From Gammaproteobacteria bacterium (lineage in GTDB: Bacteria > Bacteroidota > Bacteroidia > Flavobacteriales_D > JABDKJ01), in assembly GCA_047638815.1 (NCBI GenBank), contig JBLIMR010000003.1, forward strand, positions 16,988 to 80,987: 64,000 nt of DNA, in the 5' to 3' direction. The position numbers were made by a program, and so were the translations under genes. The notes under the pieces are model-generated. The model did no database searches. It had not been told where the DNA came from and saw only the letters and a list, made by a program, of their open reading frames with translations. Shown one piece after another: positions 1-10,906 of the stretch (the stretch's first letter is position 1; every line of letters starts with the position of its first letter).

Positions 1-483
1 CTCTTGGCCATTTAAAAATGCAAGCTCCACAAGAAAAGAAAATCCGGCTACTTTCGCACCTTCCATTTGAATTAGTTCTGAAGCTGCCTTGGCTGTTCCT
101 CCCGTTGCTAATAAATCATCATGCACCAATACATTCCATTCTGGTTTGATTGATTCTTTGTGCACTTCGATTTCGGCTGAGCCATACTCCAAATCGTATT
201 TATAAGAAACCGTCTTGTAAGGCAGCTTACCTTTTTTACGCACTGTAATAAAGGGTACCCCCATGGCTATGGCCAAAGGCATTCCAAATAAGAAACCTCT
301 ACTCTCCACGCCAGCAATTGCGTCAATATTTAAATGTGATATCTTTTCTTTAAATTCCTGAACGATGTCGCCACATAGAATTGCATCTTCCAAGACAGGA
401 GTGATGTCTTTGAACATGATTCCCGGCTTAGGGAAATCAGGGACATCCCTTATTGCATCTGCTATTCTTTCGCTAATCGTCAT
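1..483 (-). CDS. apt: Adenine phosphoribosyltransferase (3' end runs off the window)
   Basis: Not in the ORF track. Manual translation from ATG at 483 gives MTISERIADAIRDVPDFPKPGIMFKDITP...GVESRGF...LVHDDLLATGGTA (PRPP-binding motif). Overlaps the upstream gene's stop by 11 nt. Confidence 0.95.
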   Translation of the reverse strand, partial: MTISERIADAIRDVPDFPKPGIMFKDITPVLEDAILCGDIVQEFKEKISHLNIDAIAGVESRGFLFGMPLAIAMGVPFITVRKKGKLPYKTVSYKYDLEYGSAEIEVHKESIKPEWNVLVHDDLLATGGTAKAASELIQMEGAKVAGFSFLVELAFLNGQE

Positions 484-1453
484 TGACTTTTAAATAGGGT
501 GCAATTTTACTGCTTAATTCATCACTTACCAAATGAGAATTTGTGATTTCGCCCACATTTTTGAACGGTCCGTGCATCTCACGATAATTTACAAGTGCAC
601 GTGCTATATCATAGGTGATGTATCTATTAAAAGCCAGCTCTTTATATGTGCATTCGTTGATATTAATCTTTGCAATCGCGGAACTATCAAACCAAACATA
701 TTTGACTAATGAGTCAATGCTTTCCTGATTGTCCTGCAATCCATAAATTTCAGAAAACTGCTCTTTATTGGCAATCCCACCCATGATCTCACGATACTTA
801 ATTATAGACTTTGCATAGTATGATCCAATACCATAAACATGTTTTAATTGAGCTGTATCAGCGGTGTTGATATTGATAGATTCTCGCACCAAAATAGATT
901 TCTTTTTATAAACGATCCTATCCTCCTCTGGAGATACCTGAGTCTCTTTAATTTTGTCTTTTGAAATGTTTTCTATTTTAATATATCGTTCTATCTCAGC
1001 GAGTTTATCATCATCAACTACAAATAACTTTAGCAGATCCTTTTTCTTTTTGAAAACAACTCCCTTGCTCCGATAGTTAAGAATCGCCTGCGCTTGCTTT
1101 TGAGAAAACCCCAACTGTTTCCAGTCCTCGAGACCAGCAATATTGGGGTCAATAATTCTTCGATTCAGGGCCTGCTTTTTATACTCCGAGCTCTTGCTTT
1201 TATCTTTTGAATTCGAGTATTTCTTATTAGGCCATTTTTTCTTTTCCCAGTAATTTTCTTCCAGAGTATCCTGTGTAGCTTTTAATATAGCCAGTTGATT
1301 TTGAACTTCGAAATAATCGTATTCTTGCTTGGCGGATAGATCAAAAATGACCGATCGTCCAAGTAGGATTAAAAGAATTAATGCTATGAGAGCAAGGATA
1401 CCTATTCGTTCACTCTTAGTGAAAATGAACAAATTGGCTAAACCCTGTTTCAT
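473..1453 (-). CDS. ComEA-like helix-hairpin-helix DNA-binding protein
   Basis: N-terminal TM helix and repeated HhH units (IDPNIA..., ININTADTAQLKHVYGIGSYYAKSIIKYR, ININEC...YREMHGPF). Confidence 0.85.
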   Translation of the reverse strand: MKQGLANLFIFTKSERIGILALIALILLILLGRSVIFDLSAKQEYDYFEVQNQLAILKATQDTLEENYWEKKKWPNKKYSNSKDKSKSSEYKKQALNRRIIDPNIAGLEDWKQLGFSQKQAQAILNYRSKGVVFKKKKDLLKLFVVDDDKLAEIERYIKIENISKDKIKETQVSPEEDRIVYKKKSILVRESININTADTAQLKHVYGIGSYYAKSIIKYREIMGGIANKEQFSEIYGLQDNQESIDSLVKYVWFDSSAIAKININECTYKELAFNRYITYDIARALVNYREMHGPFKNVGEITNSHLVSDELSSKIAPYLKVNDD

Positions 1454-1459
1454 TGAAGT

Positions 1460-3130
1460 CTATTTTTTTATCGCGGCTAAATATCTTTTCAACTCCTTCT
1501 TTACCACGGGCATTAAGAAGAATAGACCAACCATGTTTGGAAACACCATTGCGAAAATCATTGCGTCTGAAAATGCCCATATTGAACTCATGTTTGCAGA
1601 AGCACCAATGATGACAAATATTAAAAAGAGCAGCTTGTACACTAAGTCAGACATTTTCCCCCTACCGAATAAAAACATCCATGACTGCAATCCGTAATAT
1701 GACCATGAAATCATCGTTGAAACAGCAAATAGTACTACTGCTATTGTGAGAAATATATCCGAGAAGGGAATGTATTTTTCAAAAGCTTTAGCAGTGATAC
1801 CTGCACCCTCATATAACTCACCATCTATCATGACTTTTTGGTTCACATCCTCATAAACCCTATCTCCCACGGTAACATCAAAAGTACCATCGACTTGTTC
1901 TATTCTATTTGGAATTTCTCCATATGTAAAGGCTCCGGAACCCATTTCCTCAGCGGTCCCAAGGTTAAACATTACAATAACCAATGCCGTCATTGTGCAT
2001 ATAACAACTGTGTCAATGAACGGCTCAAGAAGAGCTACTAATCCTTCAGAGGCAGAATACTTCGTTTTCACAGCAGAATGAGCAATAGAGGCAGAACCAG
2101 CACCCGCTTCATTTGAGAATGCGGCTCTTTTAAATCCAACAAGAAGAACACCTATCAGCCCACCTACTCCAATTGCCGTTGGATTAAAGGCTTCTCTGAA
2201 AATAAGTGAAATTGCGTCATCAATAAGTGAAAAATTACTTAGAATGATATAGAGACAGGCCACAATGTAAAGCACCGCCATAAATGGCACCACCTTTTCC
2301 GTTACTGAAGCGATTCTCTTTATTCCACCAATTATTATGATTCCAACTAGTATGGCTAAAACAAGCCCTATAAAAAATCCAGCACTCGCACTTTCTAAAC
2401 CGATCAGATCTTTTAAAACAATAGTTGCTTGATTAGATTGAGCAGCGTTACCACCACCAAAAGATCCTCCAATACAGAATATTGCAAAGAGTACTGCAGT
2501 GATTTTTCCCAGTACAGCGAAGCCTTTCTCCTTTAGCCCCTTGCTCAAATAATACATCGGTCCTCCGTAGACTGTCCCATCTTCTCCAATATCTCTATAC
2601 TGAACACCAAGGGTACACTCAACAAATTTTGTAGACATCCCGATTAGACCACAGACAATCATCCAGAAAGTTGCGCCAGGACCGCCTAGAGCTATAGCCA
2701 ATGCAACTCCAGCAATATTCCCATTTCCTACTGTCCCAGAAACGGCTGTGGCTAGTGCTTGGAAATGAGTCACCTCCCCATCCTTGCTTTCATCCTTAAT
2801 TGTATCAGGAATATCTCCATCAATAGCCATGTCTGTTTTTTCCAAACCATGACCATCCACATGATCAAACTTTCCTCGAACAACATTGATAGCCGTCCTG
2901 AAATGTCTAATATTTACAAAGCCAAAGTATATCGTGAAAAAGGCAGCACTAGCGACCAAAAGAATAATTACAAATGGGGTACCAGGAGCTATTTCAAAAA
3001 AGATAACACTGCTGAAAAAATCAGAGATTGGCTTGAAAGCTTGGTTGATTTTTTCGTCTAATCCCATTTCTTGGGCGAAGGTGAGTGCAGGAATCAATAG
3101 CGCAATTAAAATAGTCGTAATTCTTTTCAT
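1460..3130 (-). CDS. Alanine/glycine:cation symporter (AGCS family)
   Basis: FQALATAVSGTVGNGNIAGVA, GGPGATFWM, GGPMYY and FSNEAGAGS signatures; many TM helices. Confidence 0.93.
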   Translation of the reverse strand: MKRITTILIALLIPALTFAQEMGLDEKINQAFKPISDFFSSVIFFEIAPGTPFVIILLVASAAFFTIYFGFVNIRHFRTAINVVRGKFDHVDGHGLEKTDMAIDGDIPDTIKDESKDGEVTHFQALATAVSGTVGNGNIAGVALAIALGGPGATFWMIVCGLIGMSTKFVECTLGVQYRDIGEDGTVYGGPMYYLSKGLKEKGFAVLGKITAVLFAIFCIGGSFGGGNAAQSNQATIVLKDLIGLESASAGFFIGLVLAILVGIIIIGGIKRIASVTEKVVPFMAVLYIVACLYIILSNFSLIDDAISLIFREAFNPTAIGVGGLIGVLLVGFKRAAFSNEAGAGSASIAHSAVKTKYSASEGLVALLEPFIDTVVICTMTALVIVMFNLGTAEEMGSGAFTYGEIPNRIEQVDGTFDVTVGDRVYEDVNQKVMIDGELYEGAGITAKAFEKYIPFSDIFLTIAVVLFAVSTMISWSYYGLQSWMFLFGRGKMSDLVYKLLFLIFVIIGASANMSSIWAFSDAMIFAMVFPNMVGLFFLMPVVKKELKRYLAAIKK

Positions 3131-3275
3131 ACTTATTCAGGATGTAGTCCTTTTACTAGGGGTTAGATATTAGTCTTAGCTAAACTTTTTTCAGTCGATC
3201 TGATCTGAATCAGGCACAAGATAGAAAAAAACTTCTATGAACCATAGCTGACGAAATGGAAAATGGACATTGATT

Positions 3276-3310
3276 AATTGGAAATGTAAAATTGAGAATT
3301 GAGAATAATC
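3276..3310. repeat. Degenerate heptamer tandem repeat
   Basis: aattgga-aatgtaa-aattgag-aattgag-aataatc in an intergenic region. Confidence 0.55.
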
Positions 3311-3355
3311 ATCAATCTCCTCTATCAACAGGGAATCCAAATTGGGGCTTGGCTA

Positions 3356-4276
3356 TTAGCTCTCTTTATTAATATGCTCCTTAACTATTTCCAATCCCTC
3401 CTTGAATGTCATTGGATTATAATCGAAATCTTTTTGAGCTTTAGATATGTCGAAGCCCGTTTTTGGTGGTCGCGATGCTTTTTGGTTTAAGGATGCCGTG
3501 GTAATAGGACTGATAAGGTCTTTATTCAAAGCAAATGAATCAGCCACTTGATGGACCAATTCATAAATGCTTGCTGTTTCAGGACCAGAAACATGATAAA
3601 CACCTTGTACATCGTGCTCTATCATTTGGACACATGCTTTTGCCAAGTCCTCCGCCAAAGTTGGTGATCGATATTGGTCATCAACAACGTTTATTTCTTG
3701 ACCAGCTTTTAATGCTTTAACGGCCCATAGTACCAAGTTGGACCTACTCATCTTATGCGTAACCCCATAGATAATGATCGTACGAGCTATGGCCCAATCA
3801 CTCAAAGCACTTGATTGAATTAGTTCTTCCGAGTCAAGTTTTGACTGAGCATATACACTCAATGGATTCACTTTATCTGTCTCAATGTAATTTCCTTTTT
3901 CTCCATCAAAAACAAAATCTGTTGAGAGGTGAATCAACTTGGCCTCCACTTTAACACAAGCTTGAATAAGATTACGAACTCCTTCAACATTCAGCGCATT
4001 ACATGCTTCGACATCATCTTCGCAATGATCAACTTGGGTATAAGCCGCAGTATTAATAACGGCAGTGGGCTTGAACTTTTCAAAAACTAAGCTAACCTGC
4101 TCCGGATCACATATATCCATCTCAGCATATTCGAAATCATAAATGCCTTCAATTCTATTAACTCCCCTTGAAGTAGCTAAGAATAGATGATCGCCACTTT
4201 CTACAAGATGGCTAACAAGTTTTTGACCCAATAATCCATTGGAGCCAGTAATTAGAATTCTATGATTTTTCGACAT
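3356..4276 (-). CDS. rfbD: dTDP-4-dehydrorhamnose reductase family SDR oxidoreductase
   Basis: ILITGSNGLLG, INTAAYTQVD, HLSTDFVFDG, YAQSK and VVDDQYRSPT motifs. Confidence 0.85.
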   Translation of the reverse strand: MSKNHRILITGSNGLLGQKLVSHLVESGDHLFLATSRGVNRIEGIYDFEYAEMDICDPEQVSLVFEKFKPTAVINTAAYTQVDHCEDDVEACNALNVEGVRNLIQACVKVEAKLIHLSTDFVFDGEKGNYIETDKVNPLSVYAQSKLDSEELIQSSALSDWAIARTIIIYGVTHKMSRSNLVLWAVKALKAGQEINVVDDQYRSPTLAEDLAKACVQMIEHDVQGVYHVSGPETASIYELVHQVADSFALNKDLISPITTASLNQKASRPPKTGFDISKAQKDFDYNPMTFKEGLEIVKEHINKES

Positions 4277-4294
4277 TTAAAAGGTTGGAATGAT

Positions 4295-4528
4295 TTACAA
4301 TTCCCAAACGGTGCGTTTCTTATGCTTTGGTTTGAAGTATTCTTTGTTTTTCAAAACGAAAGCCATTCCCAAGTATACTAGTAGCGGAGACCCAAGCGTG
4401 ATAAAAGAAACATAAATGAAAGTCAGACGGATATCACTTGACTTCATATTCATCTTTTTACCCAACCAGGTAAAAACACCATATGCTTCTCTCTCTGAAA
4501 AATCCTTTAGTTTATCTGTAATATTCAT
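4295..4528 (-). CDS. PspC domain-containing small membrane protein
   Basis: AYGVFTWLGKKMNMKSSDIRLTFIYVSFITLGSP matches Bacteroidota PspC-family proteins. Start moved to ATG 4528, 2 nt after the upstream gene's stop. Confidence 0.8.
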   Translation of the reverse strand: MNITDKLKDFSEREAYGVFTWLGKKMNMKSSDIRLTFIYVSFITLGSPLLVYLGMAFVLKNKEYFKPKHKKRTVWEL

Positions 4529-4530
4529 CT

Positions 4531-5808
4531 TTAGCTTTTTAAAAGAGCTACGCCAATCGGGCACGCCAAACATTTCTTAAAAGTACAACATTCGTTTTTT
4601 AATTCCAATAGCCCTTGAGAATCTCCTGCACAATCAGACTTTACGCCCAATTCCTGCCATTTTTTGATGATGTTGTTTGATTCCGATTTCATCTGATTCA
4701 AGAAGGAAAGCGCCCTATTCTTGAGCTCTTCATCCTTCATCAAATCACCATAAGTGAACAAAAGGGGAATGACACTATTGATCAATAGATTGTACCGTAC
4801 CACGGCACCGATGGCTTTCTTTTTTGACTTTGATTCTTTTGTGAAATTGTAATGTGTATCCCAATATCCATCCAAGGATACTTGGAATAGCTTATCAATA
4901 TCCTTTAATTCATCTAAGGATTTAATTTGAGCAAACATTCGAGGTTGACGCCATAAGATCCGAGCTAATTGAGCGACTCGAACATGAGGAAAAGATGCTG
5001 GTCTCAATCCAGAAAACTGCCAAGCCTCTCTTTTCATGCTCTCCAAATTATATTTGTGCTTCAAGAATTCATACTCATCTTTTAGCTTGGCATGGTATTG
5101 ATCTTTGAAATCTTCAGACAATAGACCTGCTTGTCCGATTAGAATAGCTTCTATTTGCACCAAGTTATCTCCATGTTTGGCGATAATCTCCCATGGCGAT
5201 ATTCTTGCCAACTGTTCGAAGGCATTCTTATTGATCTTAGCACCCAAGCTGGTTGCAATAGATTGATAGCACACTTTGTCCCAATCGTTGTTATAATACT
5301 TCAAGGAATCGACAATGGATTGAGATTTTCTTTCCAGCCGTTGAATCAATGCACGATCCATGGCTTGATGGACAATAAGAGAGTCGACATTTGCAATTTG
5401 TGACCCACATGGAATCCATGAAGTGTTTTCATATATCTTATGATATTGATCAATCAATTTCGGATCGATTCTAGATTTCAATTCGAGGGTTGGAAGATTT
5501 TGATTCTTGCTATTGAATATTTCTTTATCATGTTCATAGACCACATGCAAAATAACATTGTCATAAGCCTTATCGTGCTGATGTTTATGGTTGTTCCAAT
5601 CGGATGACTTAATGTGTATTTCAACATTTCCCGCCCACTTGGTACCATCTAATGATATTAAGGAATTATGAAAATCTGGTCCGGACCCGTGATTATGAAT
5701 ACCATATTTTTCAATGTTTAAATCAAGCCCTTCCGTAGTTTTCAGATCACGGTGGTTGAATCTTTTATATTTCCATATGTAATGGAGAAGGTCTTCTTTG
5801 AATCTCAT
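4531..5808 (-). CDS. DUF2851 family protein
   Basis: EDLLHYIW, GPDF, WAGNVEIH, HDKAYDNVILHVV, RPASFP and C-terminal CxxxxCxxC pattern. Confidence 0.88.
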   Translation of the reverse strand: MRFKEDLLHYIWKYKRFNHRDLKTTEGLDLNIEKYGIHNHGSGPDFHNSLISLDGTKWAGNVEIHIKSSDWNNHKHQHDKAYDNVILHVVYEHDKEIFNSKNQNLPTLELKSRIDPKLIDQYHKIYENTSWIPCGSQIANVDSLIVHQAMDRALIQRLERKSQSIVDSLKYYNNDWDKVCYQSIATSLGAKINKNAFEQLARISPWEIIAKHGDNLVQIEAILIGQAGLLSEDFKDQYHAKLKDEYEFLKHKYNLESMKREAWQFSGLRPASFPHVRVAQLARILWRQPRMFAQIKSLDELKDIDKLFQVSLDGYWDTHYNFTKESKSKKKAIGAVVRYNLLINSVIPLLFTYGDLMKDEELKNRALSFLNQMKSESNNIIKKWQELGVKSDCAGDSQGLLELKNECCTFKKCLACPIGVALLKS

Positions 5809-5992
5809 TGTGTGTTAAATGTAGGGAATAATACCAGTCACCATAACATATAAAGGTCCAATCATCATAATAAATGTTTAATTTTAAAGGGTATCTATTG
5901 TAATCATCTCACTGTCCAATATAGTGCAATTGATGATTGATATGGGCTGGATCAAGTAATCAGTCAAAAAGACAATTGAAATTTCTAGATAA

Positions 5993-7501
5993 GTGATTAA
6001 ATGGTTTAACATATTGTTGTTGTGTTTAGTGACTGGGGCATTTGATGCTCAGTTCACTTATTTCAACGAAATTTGTGGAGAATTGAGCGATACCTTAGGT
6101 GATACATTTACCGATGTTGAAATCATTAACGATACAATATATACTTATGGAGCCTATGCTGATCCTAGTGGCCAATATTTGCAATTGAAAAAATATGATC
6201 GTACTGGTGAACTTATTATTTCAAAAGAGTTTGAACTAGACAACAACACGACATATTTTATTGAATTTAAATACTCCTATGTGAAAGATAATAATAGTGA
6301 AAACCTCTACTTCAGTTTTGGTTTAAGCGATAGCATTAGCTCCAGAGGTATTGTTGGCAAGGTCAACGAAGACTTAGATACTCTCTGGACCAAACAATAT
6401 GATCACTATAATCCCCATACGTACTTAAGAGGAAATTTGGATATTGACGATGGAATAATTTTAGTCGGTGAAATAGAATCTGATGGCTCCCAAAGGGGCA
6501 CCATGCTAACGAAAATAGATTATGATGGTATTATTATTTGGGATGAAGTACTGGGACATGCAAATGGGAATATAAATCGCAACGCAAATGTTATTAGAAA
6601 AGGTGGCTATTTGTTTCTTGGAGGATCGGTAAGATCCGATGGCATTTTAGTCGGTCTTTTAACTAAAACTGATTTAAACGGCAATGTGTTATGGGAAAAT
6701 TTTTATGATGACTCGCAAGAACCCATCGAAACCAATTCTAGTTCATATACTGTAGAAATTTTGGATAGTGGAGATGCAATCTCCGTTAATTCTGTAGATA
6801 ATGAATCTGCAGGGCCATCAACATTGGATTGGTACATAAAGGTTATAGTTAATAAAGTGGATTTTGAGAATGATTCCATTTATTGGGAGTAACAATAATT
6901 AGACAACTATGAATCACAGAATGGCGGTGTGATAAAAGTTGTCCCAACGGCTGAAGGTGGCATGATTATTTTGGGTGGTGATCTTAATGGTGATTTAGTA
7001 AGCTGGCTCTTGAAAATAGACGAAGATGGCATCCAAGAATGGCATAAACATTATGGCTATGAAATTGGTTACCAACACTTCAATCAGCCCTTCGATGTAG
7101 AGCAATGTTCCGATGGCGGCTATCTTATTGTTGGAAAATATACCAACTGGAATGAACCAGGTACCCAAGCTAGATCATGGATGGTAAAAACTGATCCCTG
7201 TGGGGATATAGAATGGAATGGTTGTGTGCCAGTGGGTATTGGTGATATTGAGATGATTGATCAGGAGGATGTGAGGTTGTATCCTAATCCTACAGCGGGC
7301 AATTTCACAATACAACTTGCTAACTTGTTTCATAATGGGGAAGTTCAAATATATAATATGATGGGAAGCTTGGTATACCATAAAAGAATCAATGGAGAAA
7401 AAAGTGGTCACGCTTTGAATTTAAATTCAGGTATATATCTCATTAATTTATTGGAAGAAAATCGGGTTGTCTGGTTGGAGAGGTTGGAAATTGTGCGGTA
7501 A
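5993..7501 (+). pseudogene. T9SS type-A CTD secreted protein (propeller-like repeats) interrupted by two in-frame TAA codons
   Basis: ORFs 5993..6892 and 6929..7501 share a frame. The junction reads YWE-TAA-CAA-TAA-LDNYESQNGGVIKVV. Signal peptide in part 1; CTD (LYPNP...YNMMG...SGIYLINL...LEIVR) in part 2. Confidence 0.8.
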
Positions 7502-7535
7502 ATCTATTTTCGTTCTTCACAAAAATTTAATGCTT

Positions 7536-8348
7536 TTACATCAAATCTTTAATCAAAGCGCTTAGCTTTCTCGCTTCCAATCCAGCCGCTTCCGCAAAAT
7601 CATCTGCCTGACTGGCATAAATTATCCCTCTTGAAGAATTAATCAAAATCCCAGCGTCACCATTATCAAGAAGTGTATTCTTCATGACTGATTCCAGATC
7701 ACCACCTTGGGCACCAACGCCCGGAATCAACAGGAAATGATCACCAACTTCTTCTCTAACTTTTTTAAGCTCCTCCCCTCTGGTGGCTCCAGCAACGAAC
7801 ATCAAGTTTTCTGGATTTCCCCATGCTTTTGCTTTGCTAATAACTTCTTGATACAGCTTTTTGTCTCCTCCCAATCCTTGAAAATCTTGTGATCCCTTAT
7901 TCGATGTTAGCACCAAAAGAATAACCCATCTATCTGCAAACTGCAGAAATGGTGCTACTGAATCTTCACCCATATATGGTGCCACAGTAACTCCATGGCA
8001 ATCCATGGCTTCGAAAAAAGCTTTCGCATATCTTGAAGAGGTATTTCCTATGTCTCCACGTTTCGCATCCGCGATAACGAAATGCTTGGGATAATTCTTT
8101 CTAATGTAATCAACTGTTAGCTCAAACTGTTGCCAACCCCAAGAGCCATACGATTCGTAGAAAGCAGTGTTTGGTTTGTATGCCACACAATATTCATGAG
8201 TTGCATCAACTATGGCTTTGTTGAATTCGAAAATCCAGTTTTCTTTTTCCGCAATAGATTTAGGTACTTTATCAATATCTGGATCTAGACCAACACACAG
8301 TACCGTCTTCTTTTCTTGGATTTGTTGGATGAGTTGTTTTCGGGTCAA
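7536..8348 (-). CDS. pyrF: Orotidine-5'-phosphate decarboxylase
   Basis: LCVGLDPD, YKPNTAFYE, DAKRGDIGNT, PGVGAQGG and NSSRGII motifs. Confidence 0.96.
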   Translation of the reverse strand: MTRKQLIQQIQEKKTVLCVGLDPDIDKVPKSIAEKENWIFEFNKAIVDATHEYCVAYKPNTAFYESYGSWGWQQFELTVDYIRKNYPKHFVIADAKRGDIGNTSSRYAKAFFEAMDCHGVTVAPYMGEDSVAPFLQFADRWVILLVLTSNKGSQDFQGLGGDKKLYQEVISKAKAWGNPENLMFVAGATRGEELKKVREEVGDHFLLIPGVGAQGGDLESVMKNTLLDNGDAGILINSSRGIIYASQADDFAEAAGLEARKLSALIKDLM

Positions 8349-8363
8349 AATATATAGTCTTTT

Positions 8364-8467
8364 TGTCGTAAGTCGGTCAGTCGTATGTCCGTTACTCGTG
8401 TGTTGTTGTTTTTAATTTCTGAATTATCTAATCCATTTCCAAATTTTCAAATCGATTAATCTTCAAA
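8364..8467. repeat. Degenerate 7-8 nt tandem repeats in the prfA-pyrF spacer
   Basis: tgtcgta-agtcggtc-agtcgta-tgtccgtt-actcgtg, followed by caaatttt/caaatcga/caaatt units. Confidence 0.5.
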
Positions 8468-9550
8468 TTAACTACGATCCCCTGCTTTTAGTTTTTCTGT
8501 GTTTTCGGCCATTTTTAGCGACTCTATTATTTCATCGATGTCACCATCAATGATATTTCCTAGGTTGTATAAGGTCAGGTTGATTCTGTGATCCGTTACT
8601 CTTCCTTGGGGATAATTGTATGTTCTAATTTTTGCAGATCTATCACCTGAACTTACCATTGACTTTCTATGGATTGCATCCTCTGCCAACTTCTTTTGCA
8701 ACTCCAATTCATAGATTCTTGATCGCAATACTTTCAAGGCCTTGTCGTAGTTTTTCAACTTTGATTTCTGATCTTGACATTGCGCTACAATTCCAGTTGG
8801 AATGTGGGTTAATCGAATGGCTGAATATGTTGTATTCACGGATTGACCTCCGGGTCCTGAAGAGCAAAACTCATCTCTTCTTATATCTGATTTATTTAAC
8901 ACAATGTCAAACTCATCGGCCTCTGGCAATACGATGACCGTAGCCGCTGAAGTATGCACCCGTCCCTGAGTTTCCGTTTGTGGCACACGTTGAACACGGT
9001 GAACTCCGGCCTCAAACTTTAGCTCCCCATATGCTCCAGGTCCATTAACATTGAAAATAACTTCCTTAAATCCACCAGATGTTCCGTCACTCTGGTCCAC
9101 CATTTCCATTTGCCAACCTTTATCAGAAATATATTTAGCATACATCCTCATGAGGTCTCCAGCAAAAAGACTGGCTTCATCTCCGCCCGTCCCAGCACGA
9201 ATTTCCATTACCGCATTCTTGTCATCTTCCGGATCCTTGGGAATGAGCATCATTCTAATCTCCGCATCCATTTTGACCTTAGTTTCCTCAAGTTCTCCCA
9301 ACTCGGACTTGGCCATATCTTTGAATTCAGGGTCGTCCTCTGTACTTATAATTTCTTTGGAGGAATCAATGTTCTCAAGAACATCTCTATACTTTTCATA
9401 CACCTCAACAAAAGCTTCAAGATCTTTATATTCTTTCATCAATTTGGTGTAACGCTTCATGTCCGTAATAATATCCGGATCTACGATTTGTTTTGCAACC
9501 TCTTGATGACGTTCGGCAATGATTGAAAGTTTGGTGAGATAATTACTCAT
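8468..9550 (-). CDS. prfA: Peptide chain release factor 1
   Basis: [23 protein letters not shown] (PxT), GPGGQSVNT and [15 protein letters not shown]. Confidence 0.97.
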   Translation of the reverse strand: MSNYLTKLSIIAERHQEVAKQIVDPDIITDMKRYTKLMKEYKDLEAFVEVYEKYRDVLENIDSSKEIISTEDDPEFKDMAKSELGELEETKVKMDAEIRMMLIPKDPEDDKNAVMEIRAGTGGDEASLFAGDLMRMYAKYISDKGWQMEMVDQSDGTSGGFKEVIFNVNGPGAYGELKFEAGVHRVQRVPQTETQGRVHTSAATVIVLPEADEFDIVLNKSDIRRDEFCSSGPGGQSVNTTYSAIRLTHIPTGIVAQCQDQKSKLKNYDKALKVLRSRIYELELQKKLAEDAIHRKSMVSSGDRSAKIRTYNYPQGRVTDHRINLTLYNLGNIIDGDIDEIIESLKMAENTEKLKAGDRS

Positions 9551-9554
9551 ATAT

Positions 9555-9631
9555 AAGTGAAAAGGGAAAAGTTAAAAAAGAAAAGTGATCCTTCGACAAG
9601 CTCAGGAACCAAATAGTTAAAAGCTAAAATA
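9555..9631. repeat. Heptamer tandem repeat with an embedded REP-like unit (CCTTCGACAAGCTCAGG, 9590-9606)
   Basis: aagtgaa-aagggaa-aagttaa-aaaagaa-aagtgat, then CCTTCGACAAGCTCAGG, then tagttaa-aagctaa. The 17-mer resembles the CTGAGCTTGTCGAAG intergenic repeat common in Bacteroidota. Confidence 0.6.
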
Positions 9632-9632
9632 G

Positions 9633-10802
9633 CTAACGGTAAATGAATTCACCGTGTTTGGATTTTATGGTCAATTTCTTTTCGGTGCTTTCCTCCACTC
9701 TCCCGACAATCTGTGCATCCACATTATAACTTTTGGAAATGCGAATCACATCTTCTGCAATTTCTTCAGGTATGTACAGTTCCAACCTACTTCCCATATT
9801 GAAAACCTTGTACATTTCTTTCCAATCAGTCTTCGATTCTTCTTGAATGATTTGGAACAATGGCGGTTCATCAAATAGATTGTCTTTTACAATATGAAGG
9901 TTGTCAATAAAGTGCAATATCTTTGTTTGGGCTCCACCACTACAATGTACCATTCCATTAATCTTAGATCGGAATGACTTGAGAATCTCAGCCACAATTG
10001 GCGCATATGTTCTAGTTGGTGAAAGCACAAGCTGCCCCATGTTGACATCAAGACCTTCTACTTCGTCTGTTAACTTTTTAGATCCGCTATAAACCAAATC
10101 TTCAGGCACCAAAGGATCAAAAGTCTCTGGATATTTTTCAGCCAAGTACTTACCAAATACATCATGGCGTGCAGACGTAAGGCCATTACTGCCCATACCT
10201 CCGTTGTATGCATCTTCATAAGTTGCCTGACCATAAGACGCCAATCCAACAATAACATCCCCAGCTTTTATATTGGCGTTGTTAATTATATCAGATCTTT
10301 TTGCCCTTGCAAAGGCAGTAAAACCTACATCTAATGTTCTAACTATATCTCCAACGTCTGCAGTTTCACCTCCAGCGAGCACAATACCCACACCCTGAGA
10401 TCTAAGTTTTTCCAAATATGTTTCAGTCCCCTGAATAAGTTCTTTGATCACAGCGCCTGTAATCAAGTTTTTGTTTCGGCCAATGGTAGACGATAAAACA
10501 ATGTTATCTGTAATACCGACACAGATGAGATCATCAATATTCATAATGATGGCATCCTGAATAATGCCTTTCCATACACTTTCATCACCCGTCTCCTTCC
10601 AATATGCATATGCCAATGAAGGTTTTGTTCCTGCCGTATCTGCGTGCATTACATTACAATACTCTTCATCCCCGCCAACCAAGTCGGGAAGAATTTTACA
10701 GAAGGCTTGAGGAAAGAGCCCCTTGTCTAAGTTTTTAATGGCAGCATGTACATCTTCCTTATCTGCTGAGACTCCTCTTGATTGATATTTTGTATTCATC
10801 AT
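9633..10802 (-). CDS. purM: Phosphoribosylformylglycinamidine cyclo-ligase (AIR synthase, Bacteroidota type)
   Basis: RGVSADKEDVH, GGETADVGD, GMGSNGLTSARHD and EMYKVFNMG; directly upstream of prfA. Confidence 0.9.
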   Translation of the reverse strand: MMNTKYQSRGVSADKEDVHAAIKNLDKGLFPQAFCKILPDLVGGDEEYCNVMHADTAGTKPSLAYAYWKETGDESVWKGIIQDAIIMNIDDLICVGITDNIVLSSTIGRNKNLITGAVIKELIQGTETYLEKLRSQGVGIVLAGGETADVGDIVRTLDVGFTAFARAKRSDIINNANIKAGDVIVGLASYGQATYEDAYNGGMGSNGLTSARHDVFGKYLAEKYPETFDPLVPEDLVYSGSKKLTDEVEGLDVNMGQLVLSPTRTYAPIVAEILKSFRSKINGMVHCSGGAQTKILHFIDNLHIVKDNLFDEPPLFQIIQEESKTDWKEMYKVFNMGSRLELYIPEEIAEDVIRISKSYNVDAQIVGRVEESTEKKLTIKSKHGEFIYR

Positions 10803-10852
10803 TATGGATACAAATATCCGTAAAATGATTGTGAATCGATTATGTATGACAG

Positions 10853-10888
10853 AAAAAAATCCCTTCGTTATTCACGAAGGGATTTCTT
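10853..10888 (-). terminator. Intrinsic terminator after the OmpA-family gene
   Basis: Inverted repeat AATCCCTTCGT-tattc-ACGAAGGGATT with an A7 run on the left (U-tract on the minus strand). Confidence 0.8.
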
Positions 10889-10906
10889 AAATCAGTTTAA
10901 TTGGTA

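Noticed and set aside
5820-5992. Possible remnant of another T9SS CTD (KGIY... and ...IEISR* in different frames) upstream of the split gene
   Set aside because: Too short and fragmented to support without an alignment.
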